Part shown: one piece after another, positions 1 through 9,027 of the stretch
How positions within the stretch are numbered: the first letter of the stretch is position 1
Layout of the letters: each line of letters opens with the position of its first letter
Source of the DNA: an uncultured Planctomycetia bacterium
GTDB lineage: Bacteria > Planctomycetota > UBA8108 > UBA1146
Assembly (NCBI GenBank): GCA_964412635.1
Contig: CAYPPQ010000001.1
Location: 46,382 to 110,381, forward strand
DNA: 64,000 bases
Reading direction: 5' to 3'
The notes under the pieces: model-generated
Seen by the model: only the letters and a program-made list of their open reading frames with translations
Told to the model about the DNA's origin: nothing
Databases searched by the model: none
Translations under genes and position numbers: made by a program

Positions 1-1066
1 CATCACCCTCTTCATCTCCTTTCTCTGCTCCCTTCTCGAGGCAACCCTCCTGTCGGTGTCGATCCCCAGCCTCGAGGAACGTCGCGATCAGGGGGCGGGA
101 ATTCGCTGGTTGCTGGAGTTGAAGCGAGATCGGCTCGACGATGCCATCGGTGCCGTCCTGATCCTCAACACCATCTCCCACACGATGGGGGCCTCCTTTG
201 CCGGGTACCTGGTGGCCCAGGAGTACCCCACCTGGGTGGCCTTCTTCTCGGCGGTCTTCACCTTCTTGATCCTCACCCTTTCCGAGATCATCCCGAAAAC
301 CCTGGGAGCCGTGCACGCCAGGAAGTTGTCGGGGTTCGTCGGCATCTGCCTGAAGATACTGACCCGGGTGTTGCAGCCGGCGGTGGCGGTGACGGGGACG
401 TTGACCCGCCTGGTCGGTCGCTCCAGCGCAGAAAATGTCTCCAGGGGTGAAATCGATGCGATGATCCACATGGCAGGAAGTGATGGCGCACTCGAACATC
501 ATGAAGAAGCGCTATACCGCAACATCCTGCGACTCGATGAGATTCAAGTCGGCGATGTGATGACCCCCAGAACCGTGGTTCGGGATATCTGGCGAGAAGC
601 CACGGTGGGAGATCTACTCGCCGAAAATGATCGAAGTCAGCTGCCCAGTCGGATTCCAATTCACGGCAAGACCCGTGACCAGGTGACCGGCTACATCCTG
701 CTGCGGGAGGTGCTTTCGGCGAGCATCGGGGGAATCGCCAGTACCACCCCTCTCTCACACTTCCAGCGCGAGATTCGCTTCGTTCCCGAGGTTGCCACCC
801 TTCGTCAGGCGCTCACTGACCTGACCAGCGGCCAGGATCCCATCGCCATGGTGGCTGACGAACATGGTGGAACCTGTGGATTACTCTCCACCGAGGACCT
901 CTTCGAGACGATCCTGGGTATCGAGGTGGTCGATGAGCACGATCGCGTCGAGGATCTCCGTGATCTTGCCCAGGGCCTGAGGGAAAAGCGGCTGAAACGG
1001 CTGAAGGAAGCCCGATCATTTCACTCTTCCGCCGATGATGGTGGCAACGATGGCAAGTCGGAGTAA
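1..1066 (+). CDS. CNNM/CorC/HlyC-family transporter with DUF21 membrane domain and CBS pair; 5' end lies upstream of the window
   Basis: The reading frame is open from nt 2 (ITLFISFLCSLLEATLLSVS... is a TM helix) into the ORF listed from 56. It contains the DUF21-like segment IIPKTL, the CBS-pair region (VGDVMTPRTVV..., ...VADEHGGTCGLLSTEDLFETILG) and a C-terminal CorC-like tail. Confidence 0.8.
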   Translation, partial: ITLFISFLCSLLEATLLSVSIPSLEERRDQGAGIRWLLELKRDRLDDAIGAVLILNTISHTMGASFAGYLVAQEYPTWVAFFSAVFTFLILTLSEIIPKTLGAVHARKLSGFVGICLKILTRVLQPAVAVTGTLTRLVGRSSAENVSRGEIDAMIHMAGSDGALEHHEEALYRNILRLDEIQVGDVMTPRTVVRDIWREATVGDLLAENDRSQLPSRIPIHGKTRDQVTGYILLREVLSASIGGIASTTPLSHFQREIRFVPEVATLRQALTDLTSGQDPIAMVADEHGGTCGLLSTEDLFETILGIEVVDEHDRVEDLRDLAQGLREKRLKRLKEARSFHSSADDGGNDGKSE

Positions 1067-1099
1067 CCTGAAGCGATCGCAGAGAAACTCGCAAGTCAG

Positions 1100-1189
1100 G
1101 GTGGGGTGGCAGAGTGGTCTATTGCACCGGTTTTGAAAACCGGCAGGGTGTCACAGCCCTCGTGGGTTCGAATCCCACCCCCACCGCCA
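1100..1189 (+). tRNA. tRNA-Ser (anticodon UGA), class II with long variable arm
   Basis: Cloverleaf drawn by hand. The acceptor stem ggtgggg (1100-1106) pairs with ccccacc (1179-1185), followed by discriminator G and CCA. The anticodon stem is ccggt/accgg with loop tttgaaa, giving anticodon TGA. The T-arm is gtggg-ttcgaat-cccac, and there is a long variable arm. Total length is 90 nt. Confidence 0.85.
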
Positions 1190-1223
1190 AACTTCTCTTC
1201 TACAGCAGGAAGGGGATCCTCCG

Positions 1224-1880
1224 ATGAAACTGCTAAATCTCCTGGCGATTTCGCTGGCAGCCATCGTCATCATCTTCCTGTGGGCGAGTTCATCGCAACA
1301 ACGACAGATCGATGACCTGGAGAAACAGCAGGATGATCTCGTCGAGGAGGATGCTCGTCTGGCGAGAGAAGTGATACGAATTGACGGAGTCGTCGGCGGA
1401 CTCGAGTCGGAGGTGGAGGGAGTCAAGGGAGAGATGACTGAACTCGGTGGCAAGGTTGAGTCCGCCGTCGAAGCGATCGACCAGACCGCAACAGATCTCT
1501 ACAACGAACTCACTGAAAGCAAAGAAGCACTCGGCGAAGAACTGACCAGAATCAGTGAATCGCTCGGCGAGGAGCTGGAGAGCAACCGCTCAGCACTGGA
1601 CCAGGAACTCGAATCGATCATCTCGCGGATCGCCACCGAGTTGGAGCAATTCGAGAAGGAACTGACCCTCTCCGCCTCTCAGCAGCAGGCACTCCTCGAT
1701 CAGATCAAGCAACTGGAGTCTCAGTTACAGACCGCTCATGACAACCATGTACAGCTGGTTCAACGCCAGCAGCAAACCGATCGCGCCGTCGATCAGCTGG
1801 CCGCCCAGCAGCAGCAGATACTCGATGCCTTGATCCGTCTCGAACAGCGAGGAAGTGACACTCCCGACCCCAGAAGATGA
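1224..1880 (+). CDS. membrane-anchored coiled-coil protein, hypothetical
   Basis: There is an N-terminal signal/TM segment (LLNLLAISLAAIVIIFLWA) followed by about 190 aa of E/Q/L-rich heptad-like sequence (ELxxxLxxELE repeats). No enzymatic motif is present. Confidence 0.55.
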   Translation: MKLLNLLAISLAAIVIIFLWASSSQQRQIDDLEKQQDDLVEEDARLAREVIRIDGVVGGLESEVEGVKGEMTELGGKVESAVEAIDQTATDLYNELTESKEALGEELTRISESLGEELESNRSALDQELESIISRIATELEQFEKELTLSASQQQALLDQIKQLESQLQTAHDNHVQLVQRQQQTDRAVDQLAAQQQQILDALIRLEQRGSDTPDPRR

Positions 1881-1921
1881 CCTGAACCGTACTCGTTCAG
1901 GTTTCCCACAGGCACCTGTGG
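1881..1921 (+). terminator. tandem hairpins downstream of the coiled-coil gene (possible intrinsic terminator)
   Basis: The first hairpin is cctgaac-cgtactc-gttcagg, followed by tttccc. The second is ccacag-gcac-ctgtgg. They start directly after the stop codon at 1880. Confidence 0.4.
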
Positions 1922-1969
1922 ACCTATACTTTCCAGATACGCATCGAAGATCACCCCGGAGGCTGGTGA

Positions 1970-4900
1970 ATGTCCGACAATCCGCTGAAACTCGACAAGA
2001 AGCAGATCCGGGAGCGATTCCTCGCCCTGATGCAGAAGCGCATCCTGGTTCTGGATGGAGCGACCGGCACCGCCCTGCAGGATTGTGATCTGACCGCCGA
2101 TGATTTCGGAGGAGAAGATCTCGCAGGGTGCAATGAGAATCTTGTACTCACCCGCCCCGATGTCATCCGGACCGTCCATCGTCAATACCTGGACGCTGGA
2201 GCCGATTGCATCGAGACCAATACCTTCGGTGCCACCCCGCTGGTTCTCGATGAATACGATCTGGGGGATCGCGCCGAAGAGATCAACATCGTTGCCAGCC
2301 AGCTCGCCAGGGAAGAAGCGGACCAACATTCCACCGCAGATCGTCCAAGGTGGGTACTGGGTTCGATGGGCCCCACCACCAAGACCCTTTCGGTGACTGG
2401 AGGGATCGACTTCGACGAGCTGAGAGAACACTTCAGGGTCCAGGCTCGGGGATTGATGCGGGGGGGCTGTGACATCCTGCTGCTGGAAACGGTGCAGGAT
2501 ACCCTCAACCTGAAGGCCGCTCAGTTCGGGATCGAAGCGGCCTCCGATGACCTCGGATACTCGAGACCGGTCGCCATCTCCTGCACCATCGAGCCGATGG
2601 GAACGATGCTCGCAGGACAGGCCATCGATGCCTTCTACACCTCCGTCGAACACTTCGAGCCGATCTTCATCGGAATGAACTGCGCCACTGGACCACGATT
2701 CATGACCGACCATCTCCGAACCCTTTCCGAGATGTCGGCATTTCCCGTGTCCGTCTACCCCAACGCAGGTCTTCCCAACTCGGAGGGTCAATACGAGGAA
2801 ACCGCCGAGATTCTCGCCGACCACATCCAACCGTTCCTCGACAACAAGTGGATCAATGTCATCGGTGGCTGTTGCGGGACCACACCTGAGCACATTCGCA
2901 CCCTGGTGGAGAGGGTCGAAGGGGTCGCCCCTCGGCAGTGGCAATCCACCGATCAGGCTCTCATCTCCGGGATCGAGCTGGTCCAGATCGATGAAGACAC
3001 GAGACCTCTGGTGGTCGGGGAAAGAACCAACGTCATCGGGAGTCGACGCTTCAAGAAACTGATCGCTCGCGATGAGTTCGAGAAGGCAGCGGAGATCGGT
3101 CGCAAACAGGATCGTGGTGGAGCACACATCATCGATGTCTGCATGGCAGACCCCGATCGCGAGGAACAGGATGACATACTGCGATTCCTGCCGATGCTGA
3201 ATCGAATGACCAAGGCTCCGCTGATGATCGACTCCACTGATTCACGAGTCATCGAGGAGGCCCTCAAACTGTGTCAGGGAAAGTCGATCATCAACTCCAT
3301 CAACCTTGAAGATGGAGAAGAGCGATTCGAGTCGGTAGTCCCCCTCGCCCGCAGTTTCGGTACCTCTCTGGTGGTGGGCTGTATCGATGAAGATCCCGAT
3401 GATGGCATGGCCGTCACGGTGGAGCGCAAACTGGAGGTGGCTGAACGCTCACACCAGTTACTGACGGAGAAGTACGGTGTTCCCGAGTGCGATATCATCT
3501 TCGATCCTCTCGTATTTCCCGTAGGAACGGGAGATGAGAAGTACAAGAGTTCCGCCGCAGCCACCATCGATGGCGTTCGTGCCATCGCTGAACGATTCCC
3601 CCACTGCCATACGATCCTTGGAATCAGCAATGTCTCCTTCGGACTGCCACCGGCGGGCAGGGAGGTATTGAACTCGGTATTCCTCTATCACTGCGTTCAG
3701 GCGGGTCTGACGATGGCCATCGTCAACTCGGAGAGAATGGATCGCTATGCGAGCATTCCCGAGGTGGAGAGGGAACTGTGTGAGGATCTGATCTGGCAAC
3801 GTACGGATGATCCCGTGGCGCGGTTCACCGAGCATTTCCGCGGCAGGAAAGTAGCAGCGGAGGGTCAATCGCCACTGCTCGACCTTCCGATCCCCGAGCG
3901 ACTCGCCCGCAACATCATCGAGGGAACCAAGGAAGGCATCGAGGAAGCACTCGAAATCGCCCTGACGATTTACGACGCGCCACTCGAGGTGATCAATGGA
4001 CCACTGATGAATGGCATGGCGGAGGTAGGGCGACTCTTCAACAACAATGAACTGATCGTGGCAGAAGTCCTGCAGAGTGCAGAGGCGATGAAAGCAGCGG
4101 TCGCTTTCCTCGAGCCTCACATGGAGAAGAGTGACATCGCTTCGCGCGGCAAGATCCTGCTGGCGACCGTCAAGGGTGATGTCCACGACATCGGAAAGAA
4201 TCTGGTTCAGATCATTCTTTCCAACAATGGATTCGAAGTGGTCGATCTGGGAATCAAGGTCGCGCCAGCTCAACTGATCGATGCGGTCAAGGAGCATCAG
4301 CCCGACGCCATCGGACTCTCGGGGCTACTGGTAAAATCTGCCCAGCAGATGGTGGTGACTGCCGAGGACTTGCAATCGGCAAGCATCGAACTTCCGATCC
4401 TGGTCGGAGGTGCTGCTCTCTCCGAGAAATTCACCGCTCTCAAGATCCAGAAGGCGATCAATTCCACGGTGATCTATGCTCGCGATGCCATGGATGGATT
4501 GAGGATCGTCAATGAGATCCTCGACGAGACCCGACGTGATGACTTCATGACCGAGGTGAGGCGCAGTCAGGAGCGGATCATCAGCGGGGGATCCACCGCA
4601 ACGAGCAGTTCCGTTGCCCAGATCACACTTCCTGACCGGTCTCCTGCCATCACCATCATCGAGTCGGTGCCGACGCTGCCCGATACAGAACTGCACATCG
4701 CAACCCAGGTCGATCCGAGGGAGATTTTCCCTCTCATCAATCCTCAGATGTTGTACGGGAGACACATGGGTCTGCGCGGTAACTTCGAGAAGAAGCTCAA
4801 GGCTGGCGACAGCAAGGCTCTCGAATTGCAGACCCTGATCACTGAACTGCTCGAGGAAGTCATCCAGCGCGAGTTGCTGATGCCAAAGGCGATGTGGAGA

Positions 4901-5485
4901 CACTACCCGGCCAGCTCCACCTCGAATGAGATCGTCATTCACGATCCAGTCTCGCTGGAACCGCTCGAGAGAATCTCCTTTCCCCGTCAGAGGAAATCGC
5001 CCCATCGTTCCATCTGTGACTACATCCTCCCTGCAGACGATGACGGTCGACCCCGTGATCACCTGGCGATGATGGTGACCACTGCGGGCTCGGGAGTCCG
5101 CAACCAATCTCGTGCATGGATGCACGCCGGGGAGTACCTCAAGTCACATTCGTTGCAGGCACTCGCAGTGGAGATGGCTGAAGGACTGGCAGAACGAACC
5201 CACCGACAGATTCGCGCCAGCTGGGGCCGCCCGGATCCCGAGACGATGACCCGCATGGAGATGTTCCAGGCCAAGTACCCCGGCAAGCGTTATTCCTTCG
5301 GGTATCCCGCCTGCCCCGATCTCTCCTCGCAGGAGGTGATCTGGAGACTGCTTCAGCCGCTGGAGCATCTTGGAGTGGAGTTGACCGAAGGATTCATGAT
5401 GGATCCAGAGGCTAGCGTCTCCGCACTTGCTTTCCATCATCCGGATGCGAGTTACTTCGGAGTCGGTGGCCGGGAAGAAGTCTAG
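1970..5485 (+). CDS. metH: cobalamin-dependent methionine synthase (5-methyltetrahydrofolate-homocysteine methyltransferase)
   Basis: An 1171 aa four-module protein. It has the Hcy-binding barrel (LDGATGT...NCATGP...GGCCGTTPEHI), the pterin-binding module, the B12-binding GDVHDIGKNLV motif, and the C-terminal AdoMet reactivation domain. Confidence 0.95.
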   Translation: MSDNPLKLDKKQIRERFLALMQKRILVLDGATGTALQDCDLTADDFGGEDLAGCNENLVLTRPDVIRTVHRQYLDAGADCIETNTFGATPLVLDEYDLGDRAEEINIVASQLAREEADQHSTADRPRWVLGSMGPTTKTLSVTGGIDFDELREHFRVQARGLMRGGCDILLLETVQDTLNLKAAQFGIEAASDDLGYSRPVAISCTIEPMGTMLAGQAIDAFYTSVEHFEPIFIGMNCATGPRFMTDHLRTLSEMSAFPVSVYPNAGLPNSEGQYEETAEILADHIQPFLDNKWINVIGGCCGTTPEHIRTLVERVEGVAPRQWQSTDQALISGIELVQIDEDTRPLVVGERTNVIGSRRFKKLIARDEFEKAAEIGRKQDRGGAHIIDVCMADPDREEQDDILRFLPMLNRMTKAPLMIDSTDSRVIEEALKLCQGKSIINSINLEDGEERFESVVPLARSFGTSLVVGCIDEDPDDGMAVTVERKLEVAERSHQLLTEKYGVPECDIIFDPLVFPVGTGDEKYKSSAAATIDGVRAIAERFPHCHTILGISNVSFGLPPAGREVLNSVFLYHCVQAGLTMAIVNSERMDRYASIPEVERELCEDLIWQRTDDPVARFTEHFRGRKVAAEGQSPLLDLPIPERLARNIIEGTKEGIEEALEIALTIYDAPLEVINGPLMNGMAEVGRLFNNNELIVAEVLQSAEAMKAAVAFLEPHMEKSDIASRGKILLATVKGDVHDIGKNLVQIILSNNGFEVVDLGIKVAPAQLIDAVKEHQPDAIGLSGLLVKSAQQMVVTAEDLQSASIELPILVGGAALSEKFTALKIQKAINSTVIYARDAMDGLRIVNEILDETRRDDFMTEVRRSQERIISGGSTATSSSVAQITLPDRSPAITIIESVPTLPDTELHIATQVDPREIFPLINPQMLYGRHMGLRGNFEKKLKAGDSKALELQTLITELLEEVIQRELLMPKAMWRHYPASSTSNEIVIHDPVSLEPLERISFPRQRKSPHRSICDYILPADDDGRPRDHLAMMVTTAGSGVRNQSRAWMHAGEYLKSHSLQALAVEMAEGLAERTHRQIRASWGRPDPETMTRMEMFQAKYPGKRYSFGYPACPDLSSQEVIWRLLQPLEHLGVELTEGFMMDPEASVSALAFHHPDASYFGVGGREEV

Positions 5486-5505
5486 GTGCGACCACCTGGA
5501 ATTGA

Positions 5506-8500
5506 TCAACGCTCCCTCAGTGTGACCTGAATCTCCACTGTCGCCTCTTCTCGTTCGATCACCAGCACGACAGTGTCACCAGCTTCCAGTTCCTTCAGCA
5601 GGTTCGAGTATCCCCTCAGGTCCTCGACGACGGAGCCAGCGAGAGAAATCAGCCTGTCGCCAGCCATCAGTCCGGCCAGTTGTGCCGGAGAGTCGTCCAC
5701 CACTCCCTCGATCCTGACTCCGGGACCCGTGTCTGCGAAATCAGGAATGGTTCCGAGGAACACCCTGCGCCCTGTAACGGGAGGGGTAGATCTGCCGCCG
5801 TTTCCATCTGCTGCGGTCAACGTCGAGGTCAGAGGATCGACTCGATCCGACAGGTACAGCAGAGCCTCTCGCAACCATGTTGCGACCTGCACCATCCCCT
5901 CTGCATCGACCTTGTCTGCCGTATCACCCGGACGGTGATAGTCATCGTGTGGACCCGTGGTCAGCTGGATTCCCGGTACCCCGAGCTCGTGAAAAGGAAC
6001 CTGATCGGACCCACCTGGATCATCCTTGACCGCCGTCGATGCGACACCGGTGGTGAAACCGATCCCACGGGCGATGTGAATCCACTCGGTGGCGGTTCCG
6101 GTTCCCAGTGCCAGCAGCCTCCCCTGCGAGAGGCGCCCGACCGCATCGATACTGATCACCGAGATGGCATCCCTGGCAGGCCACTGTTTCATCGATTCGA
6201 CGTAGCGGCGAGCCCCACGTAACCCCCACTCCTCGGCACTGGTGGCAACGAAGATGACGGTCCGTGCTGGACCATGGGTTGCCACCATCAGCCTGGCGGT
6301 CTCCAGCATCACTGCCACACCGGAGGCGTTGTCGTCTGCTCCCGGGTGAATCTTGCCTTCATTTCCCGCCCTGACATCGGGCCAACCGCGACCGAGGTGA
6401 TCGACGTGAGCAAGGACCACGACAGATTGACCCGACAGAGCAGGATCGTTGCCAGGAATGACTCCGATGACATTTCGAAGCCCCACACCCTTCTTGGTCC
6501 GATCGTCGAGTTCATCCTCGCTCCAGGAATCGAAGAAACTTCCTTCCGGCGCACCCGGCTGCAGACCGATCTCGGAAAACCGATCCGCCACCCACCGGGT
6601 CGATTGATGGAGACCTTCTGAACCATTCCCCCGTCCCTCCCGTTGAGGATCGGCGAGCCAACGGACATCGGAAATCATCCGATTGGCATCGAGTACGGGA
6701 CCCGGTCGCGCCAGAGGCTCTCGCGCATCTTCCGGCGCAGTAATCGTGATCCCCGCTGCCGTCCAGGAGAGGGGGGAGGTTTCAGTTCCCCATTCACCCT
6801 TGGCCACGTTGGTCGGTTCATCCCCTTCAAATAACAGATAGGAGTACTTTCCATAGTGCGGCAGTTTTCGCGCCAGACCGGGAATCGCTTCCTCCTTGTA
6901 ACAACGGATCAAACCCACCGTGAGATCTTCGTCAGCGGGATGCCGTGCCACCTGGATCCCCGAATGATTCCACTGGCCAAGGCCCGGCTTTTCATGCGGC
7001 GGTTTCATCGTCGGAAGTATCCATCGGGAATCAGTCAGAGTGAATCTCCCCTGACTCCCCTTGTTGAGGACCGCCTTCCGCAACCTCTCACTCGCCACAC
7101 CCATCGTCGTCTCGCCGAGGATCCACACCGCCCGATCGGGCGGGATCTGTTCCAGTTCGGTGTCGAGGACGATGCGAACATCTCCATCGGCGGCCCACGT
7201 TTCGGCCAGCGCTCGCCACGCCTCGAGCCTCGGACTCATCGAGGGCAGGATGATCAGCTGTGATGAAGCACCGAAGATGTCGCCAATCGTCGGCGGAGTC
7301 TCAGAACGATCGAGTCGTCGAAACACATCGAAGAAGGGGTCGACTCTCACCGCAGCCACGGAAGCGGGAACCTCGAGAGACCTGTGACGGGGAACCGTGT
7401 CCTCGGCGATCGCAAAGGTGAGTGTCTCTTGCTGCCACTTCGATTCACCAGCGATCTGGTAGTAAACCGGTAAGTGAATCGGGAATGGATCGTGCTCCTG
7501 CACCTGTGAAACCTGGATCGTCGACAGTTCATCCGAGGCTTCCACCTCGAGCAAGATCTCCGGAGCTCCAGTTCTGCCAACCCAGGCGTTCATCCACCCT
7601 CTCAGATCGGTCTTTGCACTCTTCCCCAGCGTCACCGCAAGATCATCGAAAGATGCGTTCCTGTACCGGAAGGACGAGTAGAACTCGCGGAGACCGTTCC
7701 GGAACACCTCGTCGCCAAATTGACGACGAATCATGTGCCAGATCATCAAGCACTTGCCATATCCCACCGCCTCGGTGGCTCCTGAATGACGGCTGCGAAA
7801 CTCACTGAGTGGAAAGTCGAGGCCATCCTGTACATAGGAGCCAAACTTCTTCAGAACATCACGTCGATACTCCGCCCCCCGACCGTCTCCTTCTTTCATC
7901 AGATGATCGGCGAGATAAGCGGTCAATCCTTCGCACCAGTTGCCCGAAGCGTAATCGACGTACACCGAATTCCCCCACCAGTTATGCAGTACCTCGTGGG
8001 GATACGACGACCTGAGGATGAAAGGAAGACGGATCACCTGCGGTCCGAGCAGGGTGAAGGATGGCATCCCATAGCCGCTCTCCCAGAAGTTCTCCACCAG
8101 TGCAAACTTCTTGTAGGGATAGGGACCGATCAGCCGATCGTACATCTCCACGTACTGAATCGTCGCTTCCAGATACTTCTGGGCCAGGTTCGAATCAGGT
8201 TCTCGCAAGAAGACCTGAACCTCCACCAGCGGAGTACTGTTCTTGTACTCATGAAATCTCGCGGCGATCAGAAACACTTCCTCTTGTAGATGCTCGCCGA
8301 CACACTCCCAGCGGACCCGGGATCGCTCGCTGTCGACATCGGTCTCGACCCGACTTCCCTGACTGACCGCAACCCAGCCCTCCGGAAGGTCGACTTCAAG
8401 GGTAAAGGTGAACTTCACACCATCGGGGATGGGGAGCCATGATGTCGCCCCCCCCAGGAACACTCCTGCCTCCTCGATGGTTCCCGGTGTCGATGAGAAG

Positions 8501-8892
8501 GAACGCCCAGCTCCGGAACCGACCTGCCCCAGTGCTTCCCGGATGATCCCCGTTGCCGAGATCACCACCCGTTGATTGACCGCCCCATCCTCGGGAAGGG
8601 TTACCCGCCAACGCCTCCTGTCGACGGGCCGCTGGGGGTCAAGGCTGGCGCCACTTCCCTGCTCCAGATCCTCGATGAGGGTGAGCGATCCCGGCGATTC
8701 CAGTTGCGGGGTGAGGGCAGAATGCAGCGGGAATTCGTACTGGCGACCGAACATCTCGCTTGAGACCTGCCAGTGGATCACCCCTGTCGAGGGCTGTAGA
8801 GACACCTGGGCGTCAACATGGGGGTTCCAGCCAGGCACCTCCGGGGAAGGAAGGCAGCACAGCAGGGTGTTCAGTAACAAGGACAAGTACAT
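5506..8892 (-). CDS. secreted multidomain metallopeptidase: M1-like (HEXXH...E gluzincin) domain + M28 aminopeptidase domain + C-terminal PDZ
   Basis: The M1-like motif is HEVLHNWWG...WCEGLTAYL. The M28 set is HVDHLGRG, HPGADDNASGVAVMLE, SAEEWGLRG, ISIDAVG and DDYHRPGD. The PDZ is GVRIEGVVDDSPAQLAGLMAGDRLISL. The ORF track starts at 8925, but the ATG at 8892 (MYLSLLLNTLLCCLPSP signal peptide) has a GGAAAGG RBS 6 nt upstream, so I prefer it. Confidence 0.8.
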   Translation of the reverse strand: MYLSLLLNTLLCCLPSPEVPGWNPHVDAQVSLQPSTGVIHWQVSSEMFGRQYEFPLHSALTPQLESPGSLTLIEDLEQGSGASLDPQRPVDRRRWRVTLPEDGAVNQRVVISATGIIREALGQVGSGAGRSFSSTPGTIEEAGVFLGGATSWLPIPDGVKFTFTLEVDLPEGWVAVSQGSRVETDVDSERSRVRWECVGEHLQEEVFLIAARFHEYKNSTPLVEVQVFLREPDSNLAQKYLEATIQYVEMYDRLIGPYPYKKFALVENFWESGYGMPSFTLLGPQVIRLPFILRSSYPHEVLHNWWGNSVYVDYASGNWCEGLTAYLADHLMKEGDGRGAEYRRDVLKKFGSYVQDGLDFPLSEFRSRHSGATEAVGYGKCLMIWHMIRRQFGDEVFRNGLREFYSSFRYRNASFDDLAVTLGKSAKTDLRGWMNAWVGRTGAPEILLEVEASDELSTIQVSQVQEHDPFPIHLPVYYQIAGESKWQQETLTFAIAEDTVPRHRSLEVPASVAAVRVDPFFDVFRRLDRSETPPTIGDIFGASSQLIILPSMSPRLEAWRALAETWAADGDVRIVLDTELEQIPPDRAVWILGETTMGVASERLRKAVLNKGSQGRFTLTDSRWILPTMKPPHEKPGLGQWNHSGIQVARHPADEDLTVGLIRCYKEEAIPGLARKLPHYGKYSYLLFEGDEPTNVAKGEWGTETSPLSWTAAGITITAPEDAREPLARPGPVLDANRMISDVRWLADPQREGRGNGSEGLHQSTRWVADRFSEIGLQPGAPEGSFFDSWSEDELDDRTKKGVGLRNVIGVIPGNDPALSGQSVVVLAHVDHLGRGWPDVRAGNEGKIHPGADDNASGVAVMLETARLMVATHGPARTVIFVATSAEEWGLRGARRYVESMKQWPARDAISVISIDAVGRLSQGRLLALGTGTATEWIHIARGIGFTTGVASTAVKDDPGGSDQVPFHELGVPGIQLTTGPHDDYHRPGDTADKVDAEGMVQVATWLREALLYLSDRVDPLTSTLTAADGNGGRSTPPVTGRRVFLGTIPDFADTGPGVRIEGVVDDSPAQLAGLMAGDRLISLAGSVVEDLRGYSNLLKELEAGDTVVLVIEREEATVEIQVTLRER

Positions 8893-9027
8893 CCACAGCC
8901 TTTCCCGATTCCTGGCGTGGATCATACCTGCTGAACCACATCCGGTCCATGTTGACTCGGCCCTCAGAAAGCCTTCTCATCCTGTTCGTGGCAGCGGGGA
9001 TACTCTGCCACAGACGGAGAGTTCCAG

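Noticed and set aside
1106-1315. 69 aa plus-strand ORF overlapping the tRNA
   Set aside because: It overlaps a confidently folded tRNA-Ser and the start of the coiled-coil gene. It has no RBS logic.
1881-1970. Possible cobalamin riboswitch upstream of metH
   Set aside because: Only two short hairpins are present in a 90-nt gap. That is far too small for a B12 element, and MetH is not normally riboswitch-controlled. They are better explained as the terminator of the upstream gene.
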